Assembly: GCA_051294375.1 (NCBI GenBank) | Contig: CM119265.1 | Span: 7,202,629-7,266,628, forward strand | Length of the DNA: 64,000 bases | Direction: 5' to 3' | Origin: Paraspadella gotoi | Taxonomy: Eukaryota > Animalia > Chaetognatha | Part shown: positions 1 to 12,140 of the stretch, one piece after another | Position numbering within the stretch: position 1 is the first letter of the stretch | Layout of the letters: each line of letters starts with the position of its first letter | Translations under genes and position numbers: made by a program | The notes under the pieces: model-generated | Databases searched by the model: none | Seen by the model: the letters and a program-made list of their open reading frames with translations, nothing else | What the model was told of the DNA's origin: nothing

Positions 1-531
1 ATATTCTGGAAGCGGTGTCCGCGGGAAGAAGCAAATGCGAATAGGGTAAGGGGGATCTTCCTGCAGCGAGGAGAAAGGCGTTGAGAGNNNNNNNNNNNNN
101 NNNNNNNNNNNNNNNNNNNNNNNNNNNNNNNNNNNNNNNNNNNNNNNNNNNNNNNNNNNNNNNNNNNNNNNNNNNNNNNNNNNNNNNNNNNNNNNNNNNN
201 NNNNNNNNNNNNNNNNNNNNNNNNNNNNNNNNNNNNNNNNNNNNNNNNNNNNNNNNAGCGTGAAGAAGTAGGTCAGGGGCGTGTTTCCGCGCGAATTGGC
301 GAAGGATTAAGCGCGATCGGTGATCAATCAAAAATCTGGTCAATGACTCCAACGCTGACGCCCGTTGATTTATTGGAACCCCACGACTTGACGATTGATT
401 GCATCTCGATTGCTTGGAGGGTATTGATTGGTTTCGAAGAATCAATTTTACATCGTTTTTATAACTGCTTGTATTTGATTATGATTAGTCTTTCGTTTAC
501 TTGTTCCATTTTCATCGACCCGTCTGCTCAC

Positions 532-668
532 CTGGCTCTGACGAGGTCAGAGTCTTTCAATACGGATCCCTGGATGTAAATGACTCTTTGGGCCCAAATC
601 GGAACTTGGAGGATCATCTCCATGTTGGGGTCCAATTCTGACGGGGAGAGAAGAACGACGAAGTAGTC
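532..668 (-). CDS. slo-2: SLO-2/KCNT exon, RCK1: DYFVVLLSPSELDPNMEMILQVPIWAQRVIYIQGSVLKDSDLVRA(R)
   Basis: 137-nt exon, ctctttccag / GTGAGC. Similar to KCNT1 [46 protein letters not shown]. The gene continues beyond the left edge or into the gap. Confidence 0.97.
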
Positions 669-771
669 CTGGAAAGAGGTGGTGGACCCGGGGTGAGTTC
701 TGTCTTTCCTTCTCCGTTGTAAAACATATTTATTTGTATTAATTTATTAATTTATATTTCTCTAGCCCTAC

Positions 772-936
772 TTGTAGCATGAGATGAGCGTAGAACTCAT
801 TGAGGAAATCCATGATAATGTTTGGACTGAGTTGCGTCGCGCAGACGACAACATGATGCTCGGATTCCGCGCGGTGTTTACTGTACGTCCCCCCTTGTTT
901 TTGACGCTGGATCCACGTGTAGGCCAACTGTTCGAA
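772..936 (-). CDS. slo-2: SLO-2/KCNT exon, S6-RCK1 linker and start of RCK1: [55 protein letters not shown]
   Basis: 165-nt phase 0-0 exon, ccttacag / GTAGGG. Similar to KCNT1 [32 protein letters not shown]...[14 protein letters not shown]. Confidence 0.97.
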
Positions 937-2271
937 CTGTAAGGGATTTCGTGGGAAAGTGAAAATGTTAAGGGCGAACTATGGTTGATTGGTTGACTTT
1001 TTATTTTTCATTTATTAATTGATTNNNNNNNNNNNNNNNNNNNNNNNNNNNNNNNNNNNNNNNNNNNNNNNNNNNNNNNNNNNNNNNNNNNNNNNNNNNN
1101 NNNNNNNNNNNNNNNNNNNNNNNNNNNNNNNNNNNNNNNNNNNNNNNNNNNNNNNNNNNNNNNNNNNNNNNNNNNNNNNNNNNNNNNNNNNNNNNNNNNN
1201 NNNNNNNNNNNNNNNNNNNNNNNNNNNNNNNNNNNNNNNNNNNNNNNNNNNNNNNNNNNNNNNNNNNNNNNNNNNNNNNNNNNNNNNNNNNNNNNNNNNN
1301 NNNNNNNNNNNNNNNNNNNNNNNNNNNNNNNNNNNNNNNNNNNNNNNNNNNNNNNNNNNNNNNNNNNNNNNNNNNNNNNNNNNNNNNNNNNNNNNNNNNN
1401 NNNNNNNNNNNNNNNNNNNNNNNNNNNNNNNNNNNNNNNNNNNNNNNNNNNNNNNNNNNNNNNNNNNNNNNNNNNNNNNNNNNNNNNNNNNNNNNNNNNN
1501 NNNNNNNNNNNNNNNNNNNNNNNNNNNNNNNNNNNNNNNNNNNNNNNNNNNNNNNNNNNNNNNNNNNNNNNNNNNNNNNNNNNNNNNNNNNNNNNNNNNN
1601 NNNNNNNNNNNNNNNNNNNNNNNNNNNNNNNNNNNNNNNNNNNNNNNNNNNNNNNNNNNNNNNNNNNNNNNNNNNNNNNNNNNNNNNNNNNNNNNNNNNN
1701 NNNNNNNNNNNNNNNNNNNNNNNNNNNNNNNNNNNNNNNNNNNNNNNNNNNNNNNNNNNNNNNNNNNNNNNNNNNNNNNNNNNNNNNNNNNNNNNNNNTG
1801 ATCGTCTGTGATAAGTGAGCGACGCGCTTCCGCCTTTGATACTTTACAGGCGCCAGGAATTAAGGAAGGAAGGAAAACGAGAGCCAATAATTTTTCCCCC
1901 CTTTTATTGCTTCTCCGTTGCCACTTTTTCCCTGTGTATATCATTTGCCACTACATTTTATACATTTTTTTAAAAACTTATTTTTTTTTACGTATCGTAT
2001 TCAATAGTATTTTCATTTATATTCTGTGACTGTCTCATGCGTAACATGGTCATGTCAATAATATTTCTCACACAAATAACTAAGTATCTCCATAAGTTCT
2101 TTTTTTTATATTTCCCTATAAACATAATTATCTCATATTAAAAATTACTCTTTTGGTCGTCCTACCAGTAATTGCTCTCATCTTCTTCCTCTTTTCTCTC
2201 TCTTCCTTTCTCCTCCCTCTCTCTCTCTCTTCTCTCTCTCTATCCTCTCTCTCTCGCTCTCGCTCTCTCTT

Positions 2272-2315
<44 letters not shown>

Positions 2316-3776
2316 TATTAACCTATCTTCGTCCTCATTTCTTTAGCTTTAATCCTTCTCATCAGAGTCATTTTCCTAATTTTCATGGTCGTCATTATCG
2401 TCGTCTATTTAGTCGTCGTCTCCATCCCCGAAAAGAGAAAAATTGGCCCGGATGTAAACGGAGAAAGTAATTTGGGGCCGCGTTTTCTCGCGCGCGGCTC
2501 TCGAGCTCTCGAGCCCATAAATTTCATGGGACTTTTTTGGGAAAAATTACTGACTCACTGGCGGCGTGGGAAGTCCGCAGCTGAAAACTGAAAGCGGAAA
2601 GTCGCGTTCGAAAAACTCGTCGCGTAAACAAACTCGCTCGACGGTTTAATCTTTGCCGAAAATAAATTAGTATTTGAAAGTCAAGCCTTTTCGAAATTCC
2701 ATCAATGATTCGACATAATTTGTGAGAAAAACACAAATCCTTTTTCTTTGACCGGGACGAGCTCCAATTAATGGCCGCTCCTGTTTAGCCCCATTTTAGC
2801 CTCATTTAGTCCCATTGGCCTCTCATTGACGTCATTATCGAATTGAGCCAATGATGAGTTTCACTCATTCATCGGAATTTAAAAGCTTTTTTTAAAAGAC
2901 TTATTTTAGTGCCCTTGGTGTTTCTGGAAGAAGATTAGGGAAATAAACAGGACGAAAACGAAGTGTGGGGGAAATGGGAAAAAGTTTTCACTAACAAATG
3001 GTGGAATAAAAAACAAATAAAGAAAAATGGAAACAAGAAAAATAGAGAAAGTCTGTAAGAAGGAAGGCCAGAAATAAAGAAAAGAAAGTGAGAAAGAAAG
3101 AAAGAAGAGCCGAAACTCTTTGGGCGAAAGAGAACAGTGGCAGAAACGAAAATCCAATTTTCCTCGCAACAACGAAAAACTTCACGACCTTCTAGACATT
3201 TGTTTTCGTCTTATTAGAAATTTATCTCCGTCCGTCTCAATGTTTCATAAGCATAGGTGTCTCATAAAAGTTTAAAAATGTTTAATAAATATCGTTTGGC
3301 ATTATTAAAACCGCCCGATAAAGTTTTAGCCTTGAATTTCTTTCTCGAAACATTAAATGCATTTTTGTTTAAAACAAAAAAAATTCAATTTTAAACAACT
3401 CATGTCTGTCAGTTCTTTTTTTTCTTTTGCTCTCATCTTAAACGTTTTCCGAAATTTTTCTATTTTCCGTTTGTTGGTGAAACGTCTCAGCTATTGACTT
3501 TGGCTCACGCTTTCTTTTTGAACCAAAAACGTTTTGTTTTCAAAACAAGGGAATATTTCAAGCCTTGTCCATTTACTAATCTTGTTGCAATAAGTGAAAT
3601 AACGTTTCTAAAAAGATTAGGATAGAATTATGAAGGAAAAGTAAAAACTGAGAATAAAAATAATGTCAATAACAGAAGAAAACGTTAAGTTTCAACTTTA
3701 ACGACGCTTGGAAACTAATAACTGACTCCTCTCTCTCTTCTCTCTCTCTTCTCTCTCTCTCTCTCTCTCTCTTTCT

Positions 3777-3811
<35 letters not shown>

Positions 3812-4610
3812 CGAGTGGAGAGCGAGTGGGCGGTGACTCTGGCACGACGGTTACTGGTCACTGGACTTCACGTTCGATTGATCTTTTCTTTTTTTGTTTT
3901 CGCGAAAAACTTGGGGCTAAAAATCGAGTCTCACGGTGACCTTGAAAATATTGAACTCTGGGCGCCGCAATTTTGACGGGGCCCATGGATCGAGCCGTTG
4001 AAAATCGTTGTTTCTATGACACAGAAGAGTCATCTTCGGACTTCAGGCTACATCGATCCTAAAGCCTCGATTCATAAATTGCACTATACGTCTCTCAGCT
4101 TCGCTAATTCAACCGTCGATACTTTCCTTCGTTCTTTCTGCTAACATCCATCCATCTCCTAATTAGCGACGCGTTTTATAATATAAAAAAATATTTTTAT
4201 AATTTTCTTCCGCAGGCCGGGTTGATTATTAATTTCTTTTTCTCTCTATCGCTAATTAGCTTAGTAGTAAATTCTATTTCCCCTTAAGGCGAGCTGCCTT
4301 TTTTTCCCAAGATTGTTTCTTTACGAGTTTATTTTAAAAAAAACCTTTTGAGCAGATAATAGAAATAATTTTCTTTTAATCACACGGCCACGCGGAGCGG
4401 AGACTGGTTGTTACTGATTGTTTTTCTTTTGACGCGTGTAAAACGAAAAATGAAACTAATAGCATAAAACTAATAGCATAAAACTAAATGCGATGATAGA
4501 ATTAAAATAAAAAAACTCTCTCAACATCACGCCTACTTCCTCCTTTTTTTTTCTGTGGGGGGGGAAGGTGTGACTGCTCTTTTGTCCCCCCCCAATCACC
4601 GCCATCTCAC

Positions 4611-4751
4611 TTGCGTCGGGAGAACGACGAGGGCGACGACGATCATGATCATGATGAGAGCCTTCGACGGCAAAATGTCGGGCACGACGTCGCCGTAACC
4701 GACCGTCGAAAATGTCACGATCACGAACCAGAGGGAATCCTCGAGGCTCAG
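4611..4751 (-). CDS. slo-2: SLO-2/KCNT exon, pore helix, selectivity filter and S6: [47 protein letters not shown]
   Basis: 141-nt exon, cctcctcag / GTGAGA. Contains the K+ channel signature TVGYGD and the SLO-2-type VALVVLP.Q S6 end. Confidence 0.98.
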
Positions 4752-5228
4752 CTGAGGAGGTGGGATGAGGGATGTTGGAAAGGTTGCGCGGAAGAGTGGG
4801 AGTGGCAGGGGGGCGTGGCGATCGAGCGTCGAAATTGCACGGGCGAATGAGGGGAGAGAGAAATCCGTCCATTGGGTGCCCGAAGGTGGCAAAATAAAAA
4901 AAAGAGATAGAAAGTGGGCGAGGGTGGGGAAGAGAACATTAGGGAACCGGATGAATTTAAAAAAAAAACTGGGGGGGCTCAGGAAAGTTAATCAAATGGA
5001 TTCCAACCAGAATTCCGTTTTCCTATCGAATCCGACTTAAATCTGATTCGCCGGTCGGAGGGATAAGGGAAAAAAAGAAATAAAAAAAAAAATATTCCTA
5101 AAAAAAAAGGGAAAGAATATCAAAAAAGTTTTTTTTATTTTTCTATTATTCCGATTTTTTCAAATTCTAATTCATCTCTGGAAAATCCTGAGGTTTTTTT
5201 TTTTCTTAGTTTCGCAACTCGTCCTCAC

Positions 5229-5271
5229 CTGCTTACAACCGCCTCGTTGAATGTGTTGAATTCCGCAAACG
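5229..5271 (-). CDS. slo-2: SLO-2/KCNT exon, end of S5 and turret: VCGIQHIQRGGCKQ
   Basis: 43-nt exon, tactttcag / GTGAGG. Similar to KCNT1 TCGIQHLERAG, and phase-compatible on both sides. Confidence 0.94.
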
Positions 5272-5659
5272 CTGAAAGTATTAAGAGAGATAAAATTCGT
5301 GAATCAAATTAAATAAAATCTTCTTAATCTACATATATAATGGATGAAAAAAGTGTGTATAAAATTATAAAATTATAAAATTATAAATATTGTAGAAATT
5401 CTTCATTCATTCAATAAGTAAGCTATCTTGTCTCGTGACTTAGGACCGGCTATGTTGACTATGGTGAGTGAAGATCTATGTACAATTTCGATGTGAAAAA
5501 GTGGCTACTTTTTTTTGCGCCGCAGTGTACTATTTTTTATATTTCTCTACAATTTCTGTTACAGTTTCAGGGCAATGTAATTTCCTTTAACAAACAACGG
5601 CTTTTTAAAAGTTTTAAAACAATTTTGTACTGCCCCTATATCATGAAACTGCGACTTAC

Positions 5660-5754
5660 CTAGTAAAAAGTAGGCACAGTAAGGTGGCGAGAAGGATCAT
5701 CATTTGCTGCGAGACGGCGGACTGAGTTTTCTGCATGGCGCGGTGGAGATCGTT
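5660..5754 (-). CDS. slo-2: SLO-2/KCNT exon, S4-S5 linker and S5: [31 protein letters not shown](S)
   Basis: 95-nt exon, acccag / GTAAGT. Similar to KCNT1 [31 protein letters not shown]. Confidence 0.96.
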
Positions 5755-6228
5755 CTGGGTAAGTTCGGGTGAGTTGGAGAGAAAAGCATGGAATTAGTAG
5801 GAGAAAAAAATGGAGAAAAGGGGATTGGAGATAAGGAAAGGAGTTGAGAAGGAATGTTCGGGTGCTGGAGGATAAAGGAGGAAGTTAGGATTATGCAGGG
5901 TGAATTGTGAGGAGGAAAGCAAATCTCTGGGGCTAATGGCCTCTTGTCTCGCTAGGAAGTAATCCTCTCTGAAAAATGACCTCGAGTCAGGAAAATACTT
6001 GTTAAGCTGCCGCCGAAAAATGGCCTTTATTTATGAAATAATTTACGATGCTTTTTATAGGCGCAAGAAAAGGCAATAATAGCGAAATTTTCCTTCATGC
6101 GACGATTATTTAAAAATTTTTTTTAGGAAAGTTTGAAAAAATTTGGCTCCAAAAAACTTTAAAGAATCACAAGAAAATAAGGGAAATATTTTATTGACAT
6201 TTTTAAAAAATTGTATTGCAATACTCAC

Positions 6229-6315
6229 AAACATATTATCGAGAGCGGCCTTGGCCAACCAACAATTGAGGAAAAACGGCATGAAAAGACCCTGGGCAGT
6301 TTGACCTCCGAAAAC
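6229..6315 (-). CDS. slo-2: SLO-2/KCNT exon, S4: VFGGQTAQGLFMPFFLNCWLAKAALDNMF
   Basis: 87-nt exon, ttttcatag / GTGAGT. Contains the SLO-2-specific FLNCWLAK motif (uncharged S4). Confidence 0.96.
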
Positions 6316-6449
6316 CTATGAAAAGAAATATTATGTAAACTTTTATCATCATGAATGAATTTATTTATTTTTTAAATAAAATTTAACAAGGGAGCAACGT
6401 CTCTTGTCTGTGATAATTATTCATTATGTTTATTTTCGAGAAGACTCAC

Positions 6450-6524
6450 AGTGAGAATAAAAGGAACTGTGTTGATGACTTCAAGAATAAATCCAAAGTT
6501 GAGAATTTGCTGCCAGATGTTTCC
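6450..6524 (-). CDS. slo-2: SLO-2/KCNT exon, S3: GNIWQQILNFGFILEVINTVPFILT
   Basis: 75-nt phase 0-0 exon, ttttctcag / GTGAGT. Similar to KCNT1 [25 protein letters not shown]. Confidence 0.96.
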
Positions 6525-7586
6525 CTGAGAAAAAGAAAAGGAGGATTTCAAATAAACGAAGGTTTTTTTTTTTCCTCAAAAATGTTCATTTTTGGAAGAA
6601 AAAAAATTCTTGTTCAAAACTCAAAAGGACAAAAAAATTTTCGGGAGAAAAACCAAAAAAAAAAAATAAGAGAGGAATATTGAGATTGGGAAGAAAAGGG
6701 AAAAAAAAAGAGGGAGGAAGATATGGAAACGAGGGGAAAGAATCGCTAAAAAGGGGAGGAAAGAAAAGAAAAATGGGAGGAAATGAAGCAAAGCGGAGGA
6801 AAGGGAACAAAAAGTGGAAGAAAAATATGAATAAGAAAAGAAAAGAAGAGAAAACTACTAAGTGCTTCGATTTATCTGGAGAGGCAGAAGAAAAGGGAAT
6901 AAATTATGAGCCAAAAAATGTCTTCATCGAAAAATGGCGGAAGCTTACATTCGAGAGAAAGTTCGAACGTCAAGTTAATGGGGAAAAAAAATCGTATTTA
7001 AAAAATAACCGGTAGGTTTTCCATGTTGTAACTAATGGCTCCCTCAAGATTTTCCGAAATAAAAGACACGGCAAAAATTTATTGAAAATAAAAAAATAAC
7101 TATGCGAAGTTTTTCACATTACTATTTTAAAAGTACGTCACGGTCATTCATTCGGATTTTTGAGCTTTTAGCTAAAGAAAATGCTTAATTAAATTATGCT
7201 GAAAAGAGAAATTTATGTTTTGATTTAGGATTCAAAATCTGAAGGAGAGAAAAACTGAAAAGCGTCGAATCGAAACCCAACGATTTCACGGATCATTTTT
7301 TTTTTTCATTCAAAATCTTGAATTCTGTAAGATTGATGGGATGGTGGTGGCGGGAGGGGGGGGGGGGCAAACCGGGGGATCAAAGAAGCCGAGGGTTGCG
7401 AAGCTGCCAGTCTCGATGCCATTTGTGAATGACGGTGCCACACTGCCACCCTCTCGTCGCCTCATTTTCACGTCGCCTTCGTCCTGTTACATAAATTCGA
7501 CTGGTAGCGAATGCCACCCATAGAGAGTCACTAAACCGTGGGTTAAAATTTCTCAACCACAACACGAATAAGGAACCATCTGCTTC

Positions 7587-7663
<77 letters not shown>

Positions 7664-7821
7664 TTCTTTCTTCTTTCCTTCTTCGGGTAAAATTCCTCCT
7701 CCCCATATTTGAAACCTCCATTCGCTGGGACGACTTGCCTTTGGAATTCACTCGATCGCGAAAGTGGAATAAATGGAACCGCGGAAGTCCCAAAATAAGA
7801 CTAATCTCTTCCTCCCTCTCC

Positions 7822-7874
<53 letters not shown>

Positions 7875-8532
7875 TCTCCAGAAGTGAAGTAATAAAAACA
7901 TGGATTTTCACTATTACACGCCACAGTATAAATGGATGATCGACAAATTCTCTTATTAAAGACAATGGAATATTCACATGGACTTGAATGCTTTTTGAAA
8001 GAAAAAAAAATCTGACCCCTGTCTCTGGGTTCGGGTTTCCATTCGAGAAAATTTTAAATCAATGATTTCTCATAACAATATGAGGAAGGTCAAAAATATC
8101 CGGTCCTTAAAATCAGAGTAAAAAAGTATCTCGGCTAACATTGACATCTTGTCAACTGATTCGCAATTCAATCAACTGATAATTTTAAAATAAAAAACTT
8201 TGACGAATTCTAATTTTACCGCTACCGGTACTCAATGAGCCACCGGGTCATGACTGAAAGTGTCATGCTTATAGGCGGGGTGAACTTAGGCAATGCCCGA
8301 CTACAGAATCTCTCTGGGAGTGATGGTGCTGCGGTCTGATGATGCATCGAAAAAAAAAAACAAAGAAAAAAAAACTCAAGCGAGGAAAATCAATCCAGAA
8401 GACGAATCGTCTGCTGCACAAAAACTCATTCATCACTTCATTAAGTCTTTCTCTTCACTCTTTTTTTCACTTATTTTCGTCGTCTAAAGTAAACAAGTAT
8501 ATGAATGAATATTCGGCCTTAAATCTTGAAAT

Positions 8533-8735
8533 TATGAGATTGGGACAACATATATGAAAATTATCCATTTATTTGATGAATAAGCTATCTTGCCCTTAAT
8601 TTTGGACAGAATATGGTGTTTTAAGGCCTCCATTCCTCTTACAAGATAATAACGTAGCAAGACCCTTCAAACTTTCAATCGAGACTGTCTCTCACAGTCA
8701 TTCTCACTGCCGGAGCACCTGCCTTCTTTCTATCA
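8533..8735. repeat. Family A repeat, diverged copy
   Basis: Aligns with 21063-21265 (taagctatcttgccc, ttaaggcctccat, ctcttacaagataat, tctctcacagtc). Confidence 0.85.
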
Positions 8736-9504
8736 TTATTAAAGTTTGACAGAAGAAACAACTGTCGCTGTAAAATTTAATATACAACCTATTTTTCAAC
8801 TTTTTTCAACTATTTTTCAAAGCGAATGACAGATTGACTCTAGGTTAATTTACTTTCTATGCATATAAATTATATCAATCGACCAACCGACTAATCATTT
8901 TTCTGCTTCGTTTTCTTTTCCATTTTCATCCTAAAAAAAAAATTTCACTAGCCGAATCGAATCTTAGTGTTGTCGTCGTCGTCGTTGTTGTTGTCATCGT
9001 CGTTGTTGTTGTCATCGTCGTTGTCATCGTTTTCATTATTGGCGGCCGAAATTTTTCATTTTAAAATTTGGATAAAAAAAAATAGGGAAATTGGAGGAAG
9101 AGAGATTTTTTTCTTCTTCTTCTTGATGAGGACGTTAGTAATTTTCAATAATGCTATAAAGTGACAGAATTTATAGAATTAATGTTCCTAAGGGAGACCG
9201 AGAGAAAATCTAAGAAAAGCTTAGCGAGGAGAAAAAATTGCTTTGGAGTCTTTTCGTTTAAACAAAGTCGAAATATGTCAGCGTTTAGTCTATTAGACTA
9301 AAGTTTAGAGATTAAAGAAAACAAACGAGAAAACTAAAAAATAAAATATTTTAAAAATAAGATTCGATAAGATTTTCTTTATGAAATAATTCATTTTTTT
9401 TATCGTTTATCATTCTTGCCTTCGTTATCTTTATAATTTATTCTTTAACGTCCACATGCGACGTTATAAAATCATGACAACGCTTAAATTCGATCAAGCC
9501 TCAC

Positions 9505-9635
9505 TTTGTAACCGACATAGGTGAGAAGCATCGTTTCGGAAAGACTGATGAGGGCAACGATGTATTGAATGATGTAGAGAGGGGTGGACCGGTTCACCCA
9601 AATGATGTTCTTCCAGTTGATGATGGGGTCCGATT
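9505..9635 (-). CDS. slo-2: SLO-2/KCNT exon, S2: [43 protein letters not shown]
   Basis: 131-nt exon, cccctcag / GTGAGG. Similar to KCNT1 [39 protein letters not shown]. Confidence 0.95.
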
Positions 9636-9730
9636 CTGAGGGGAGAAAGAGGGCGTGGCGGGATGAGCGGGGGTAGGGGGGGATTTAGTTGACGATAAAC
9701 GTGAAAGAAACAAAAGGCGTTTTTTTTTAC

Positions 9731-9828
9731 CGACGTCAGAGTCCAACGATTTCAATGTCATCAAATTGTGAGAATCGTTGATACCGCTTTCCGTCGAGTT
9801 GAGGATAAAGAATTTGTTGGATTTTTCA
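9731..9828 (-). CDS. slo-2: SLO-2/KCNT exon, S1-S2 extracellular loop: EKSNKFFILNSTESGINDSHNLMTLKSLDSDV(E)
   Basis: 98-nt exon, ttttcttcag / GTAAAA. It exactly bridges the phase-2 end of the upstream exon and the phase-1 start of the downstream exon, and carries N-glycosylation sequons NST and NDS. The sequence itself is poorly conserved. Confidence 0.82.
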
Positions 9829-10144
9829 CTGAAGAAAAAACAATTTAGAGCAAAAATATTATTAATATACACTATATAGTATATAGGTGGTATAAAAATG
9901 ACTAAAATGACTAAGAAGTGTCAAAATAATTAAAAAAAGGCAAACTGATTGATTGCGTCTTCGTGGAATTAAACTAGATTGCTTCAAGGTCCACATGTAC
10001 GCCGCTGCCTTCAAAAGAGACATGCAAAGGAAAATTGCATTTCGAAAAAAACCATCACTTTTGACATTTCGGAAAGAAAATGTTCGCCGAAGTAATCATT
10101 CAAATCGATCAAAAAATCAATCAATCAGTCAAAAAACGTATTAT

Positions 10145-10380
10145 TTTTCGAAAGCGCCCCATTTCTGTTCATAATCCTTGAACTCAATTTTAATTCTAAT
10201 AATTAACCCTACTCTTTTTAAAATTCTTAATCCAATCTCTAACCATTATCCTTTAACCCAAACCTAATCCCTTATTTCCAATTCCTACTCCTTGACCTTG
10301 ATCCCTGATCCTAATTTTATTTTTTAACTCAAAACCTTAATCTTTAACCTTAATCCCTAAATTGGTCGCTTTCGGAAAAG
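10145..10380. repeat. MITE-like repeat with a degenerate TAACCC-like core and inverted ends
   Basis: ttttcgaaagcgccccattt and aaattggtcgctttcggaaaa are imperfect inverted repeats. An inverted, diverged second copy lies at ~36750-36957. Confidence 0.5.
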
Positions 10381-10446
10381 CAGGCCTCAAAAACCATTTC
10401 CAAATCGTCAAAAGCCGCAAACCATTTAGAGACTCGGATTACTCAC

Positions 10447-10552
10447 CAGCCTGAAGCGCCGTCTAACTCCACTGTATCTAGGAGAACCCTGATGACGTAC
10501 AGCAAACACGACAAAACTTTGATGCCGAAGTTGAAGACTCGGATGCAGAGAC
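10447..10552 (-). CDS. slo-2: SLO-2/KCNT exon, S1: LCIRVFNFGIKVLSCLLYVIRVLLDTVELDGASG(C)
   Basis: 106-nt exon, catctcag / GTGAGT. Similar to KCNT1 [25 protein letters not shown]. Confidence 0.96.
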
Positions 10553-11754
10553 CTGAGATGAGGAGAGGAGGATCGAATGACAGACTCCGTAAAAAAAGAT
10601 TTACTATAAATATATGAGTAAAAAGGAAAAGCAATCTCAAGGTTTTGACTTTTCGATTTTTGTATATCATGTGTATTATATATTATATGAATATATGTAT
10701 ATTAAGTAATATGTATGACAACTTGTCATATATATGTAGTTACAGAGACGTCTCTGTAAGTACATATATATTATCATTAAAACTATTTTTATTTTTTGGT
10801 TACGCGATTAGACTAGAATGGGAAATAAACACAAGGAGATTCTTATGATACATGTATTTTGTCAAACGCCATTTAAAATTATCATTACTGCATGAGTTAT
10901 TTGAATTGACCAACAGACCGACCGACCGCGGCGGAAAGACTCAAACGTGGTCGTTGTTATGTGACTCGGATCTTTTTTTATTCTCTTTTTTTTCCCCTTT
11001 TTTTTCCATATTCTTTTCTCATTCCGCCTTCAATTCTTTCCTCCTCTTGGCGATACTAGCGGCCCCTGGCTAATGGCTCTTGTATTTTTTATGTTCCAGG
11101 TGCGGTCTGGCAGGTGGCGCGAACCATTTGACGCTCTCACTAAAAAAGTATATGAGTCGAACGTGGAGCGCGGAACTGTAAGATAATGAATACCGTGAAA
11201 ATATGTGTCTGAGAGAGAGAAAGAGAGAGAGAGAGAGTCTGTCTCGATCAAGGGATAGATAGTGAAGGAGATTGAGATAGAGGCATGGAGAAAGACATGG
11301 AGGCATGGCTAAAAACTGATGGGCTGGGTCGTGGGTAATACCCACGTGGGTAACTGGGTATAGTAAGGTAGTAAGGCTAGTAAGGTTGTTAGTGATACAA
11401 AGATACATAGATAAATAGATAATAAGAGCAAAAACAAGTAAGAAGGCGAATACTATGGAACTATTTTGTTAAAGCCTTAAAGATTTTCTTAATGGCACAA
11501 GAGAACCCTTAATGACGCCCTTAATTACGCCTCATTATAAGCCGGTCCTTCTAGTCAAAATAAAAGTTAATCGGTAATGACGTCACGCGACTCTGTCTTC
11601 ATTGCCATTGGCTGGTGTTATCGCACGTCGCCATTAAATGCCGTTATTCGTTATTCCGACGATGGAAACGTTTCACGCACCGCCGAGCGTTTTACGTCGC
11701 AGAAACGTGACGCGCATAGGCCGGCGTCGCATTATGACCGTAGTTGTCGGTTTT

Positions 11755-11825
<71 letters not shown>

Positions 11826-12140
11826 TTTGTTTATTTATTTATTTATTTAAATTTTTTATTTCTTATTTTTTTCATTTTTATTTTTTTATTTTTTATTTTT
11901 TATTTTTTTATATTTATTTATTTATTTATTTATATTTCTTATTTTTTATTATTTATTTCATATTTTTTATTTTTTTTATTTTTTTTTATTTTTTAATTTT
12001 TTTAATTTTTTTAAATTGTTAAAATTTTTTAAATTTTTTTAATATTTTTTTAAATTTTTTAAAAATTTTATATTTTTTTTCTTATTTTTTATTTTTTTAA
12101 TTTTTTTATTTTTTATTTTTTATTTATTTATTTATATTTT
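11755..12140. repeat. (TTTA)n microsatellite and T/A low-complexity tract
   Basis: Seen directly. Confidence 0.95.

Noticed and set aside
1-420. Possible next slo-2 exons (IDHRSRLILRQFARKHAP loosely like DHQTILRAWAVKDFAP, and FASSRGH like HTSRGQ)
   Set aside because: Similarity is far weaker than in the neighbouring exons, there are no fitting splice sites, and the region is broken by an N-gap.
1015-1944. Long ORFs of 260-309 aa
   Set aside because: Artefacts of the N-gap at 1025-1798. The flanking exons join directly (PTQ/FEQ), so no constitutive exon is missing.
2811-2855. CRE (TGACGTCA) with CCAAT boxes, and a second CRE at 11578-11585
   Set aside because: One or two such 8-mers are expected by chance in 64 kb, and there is no other support.
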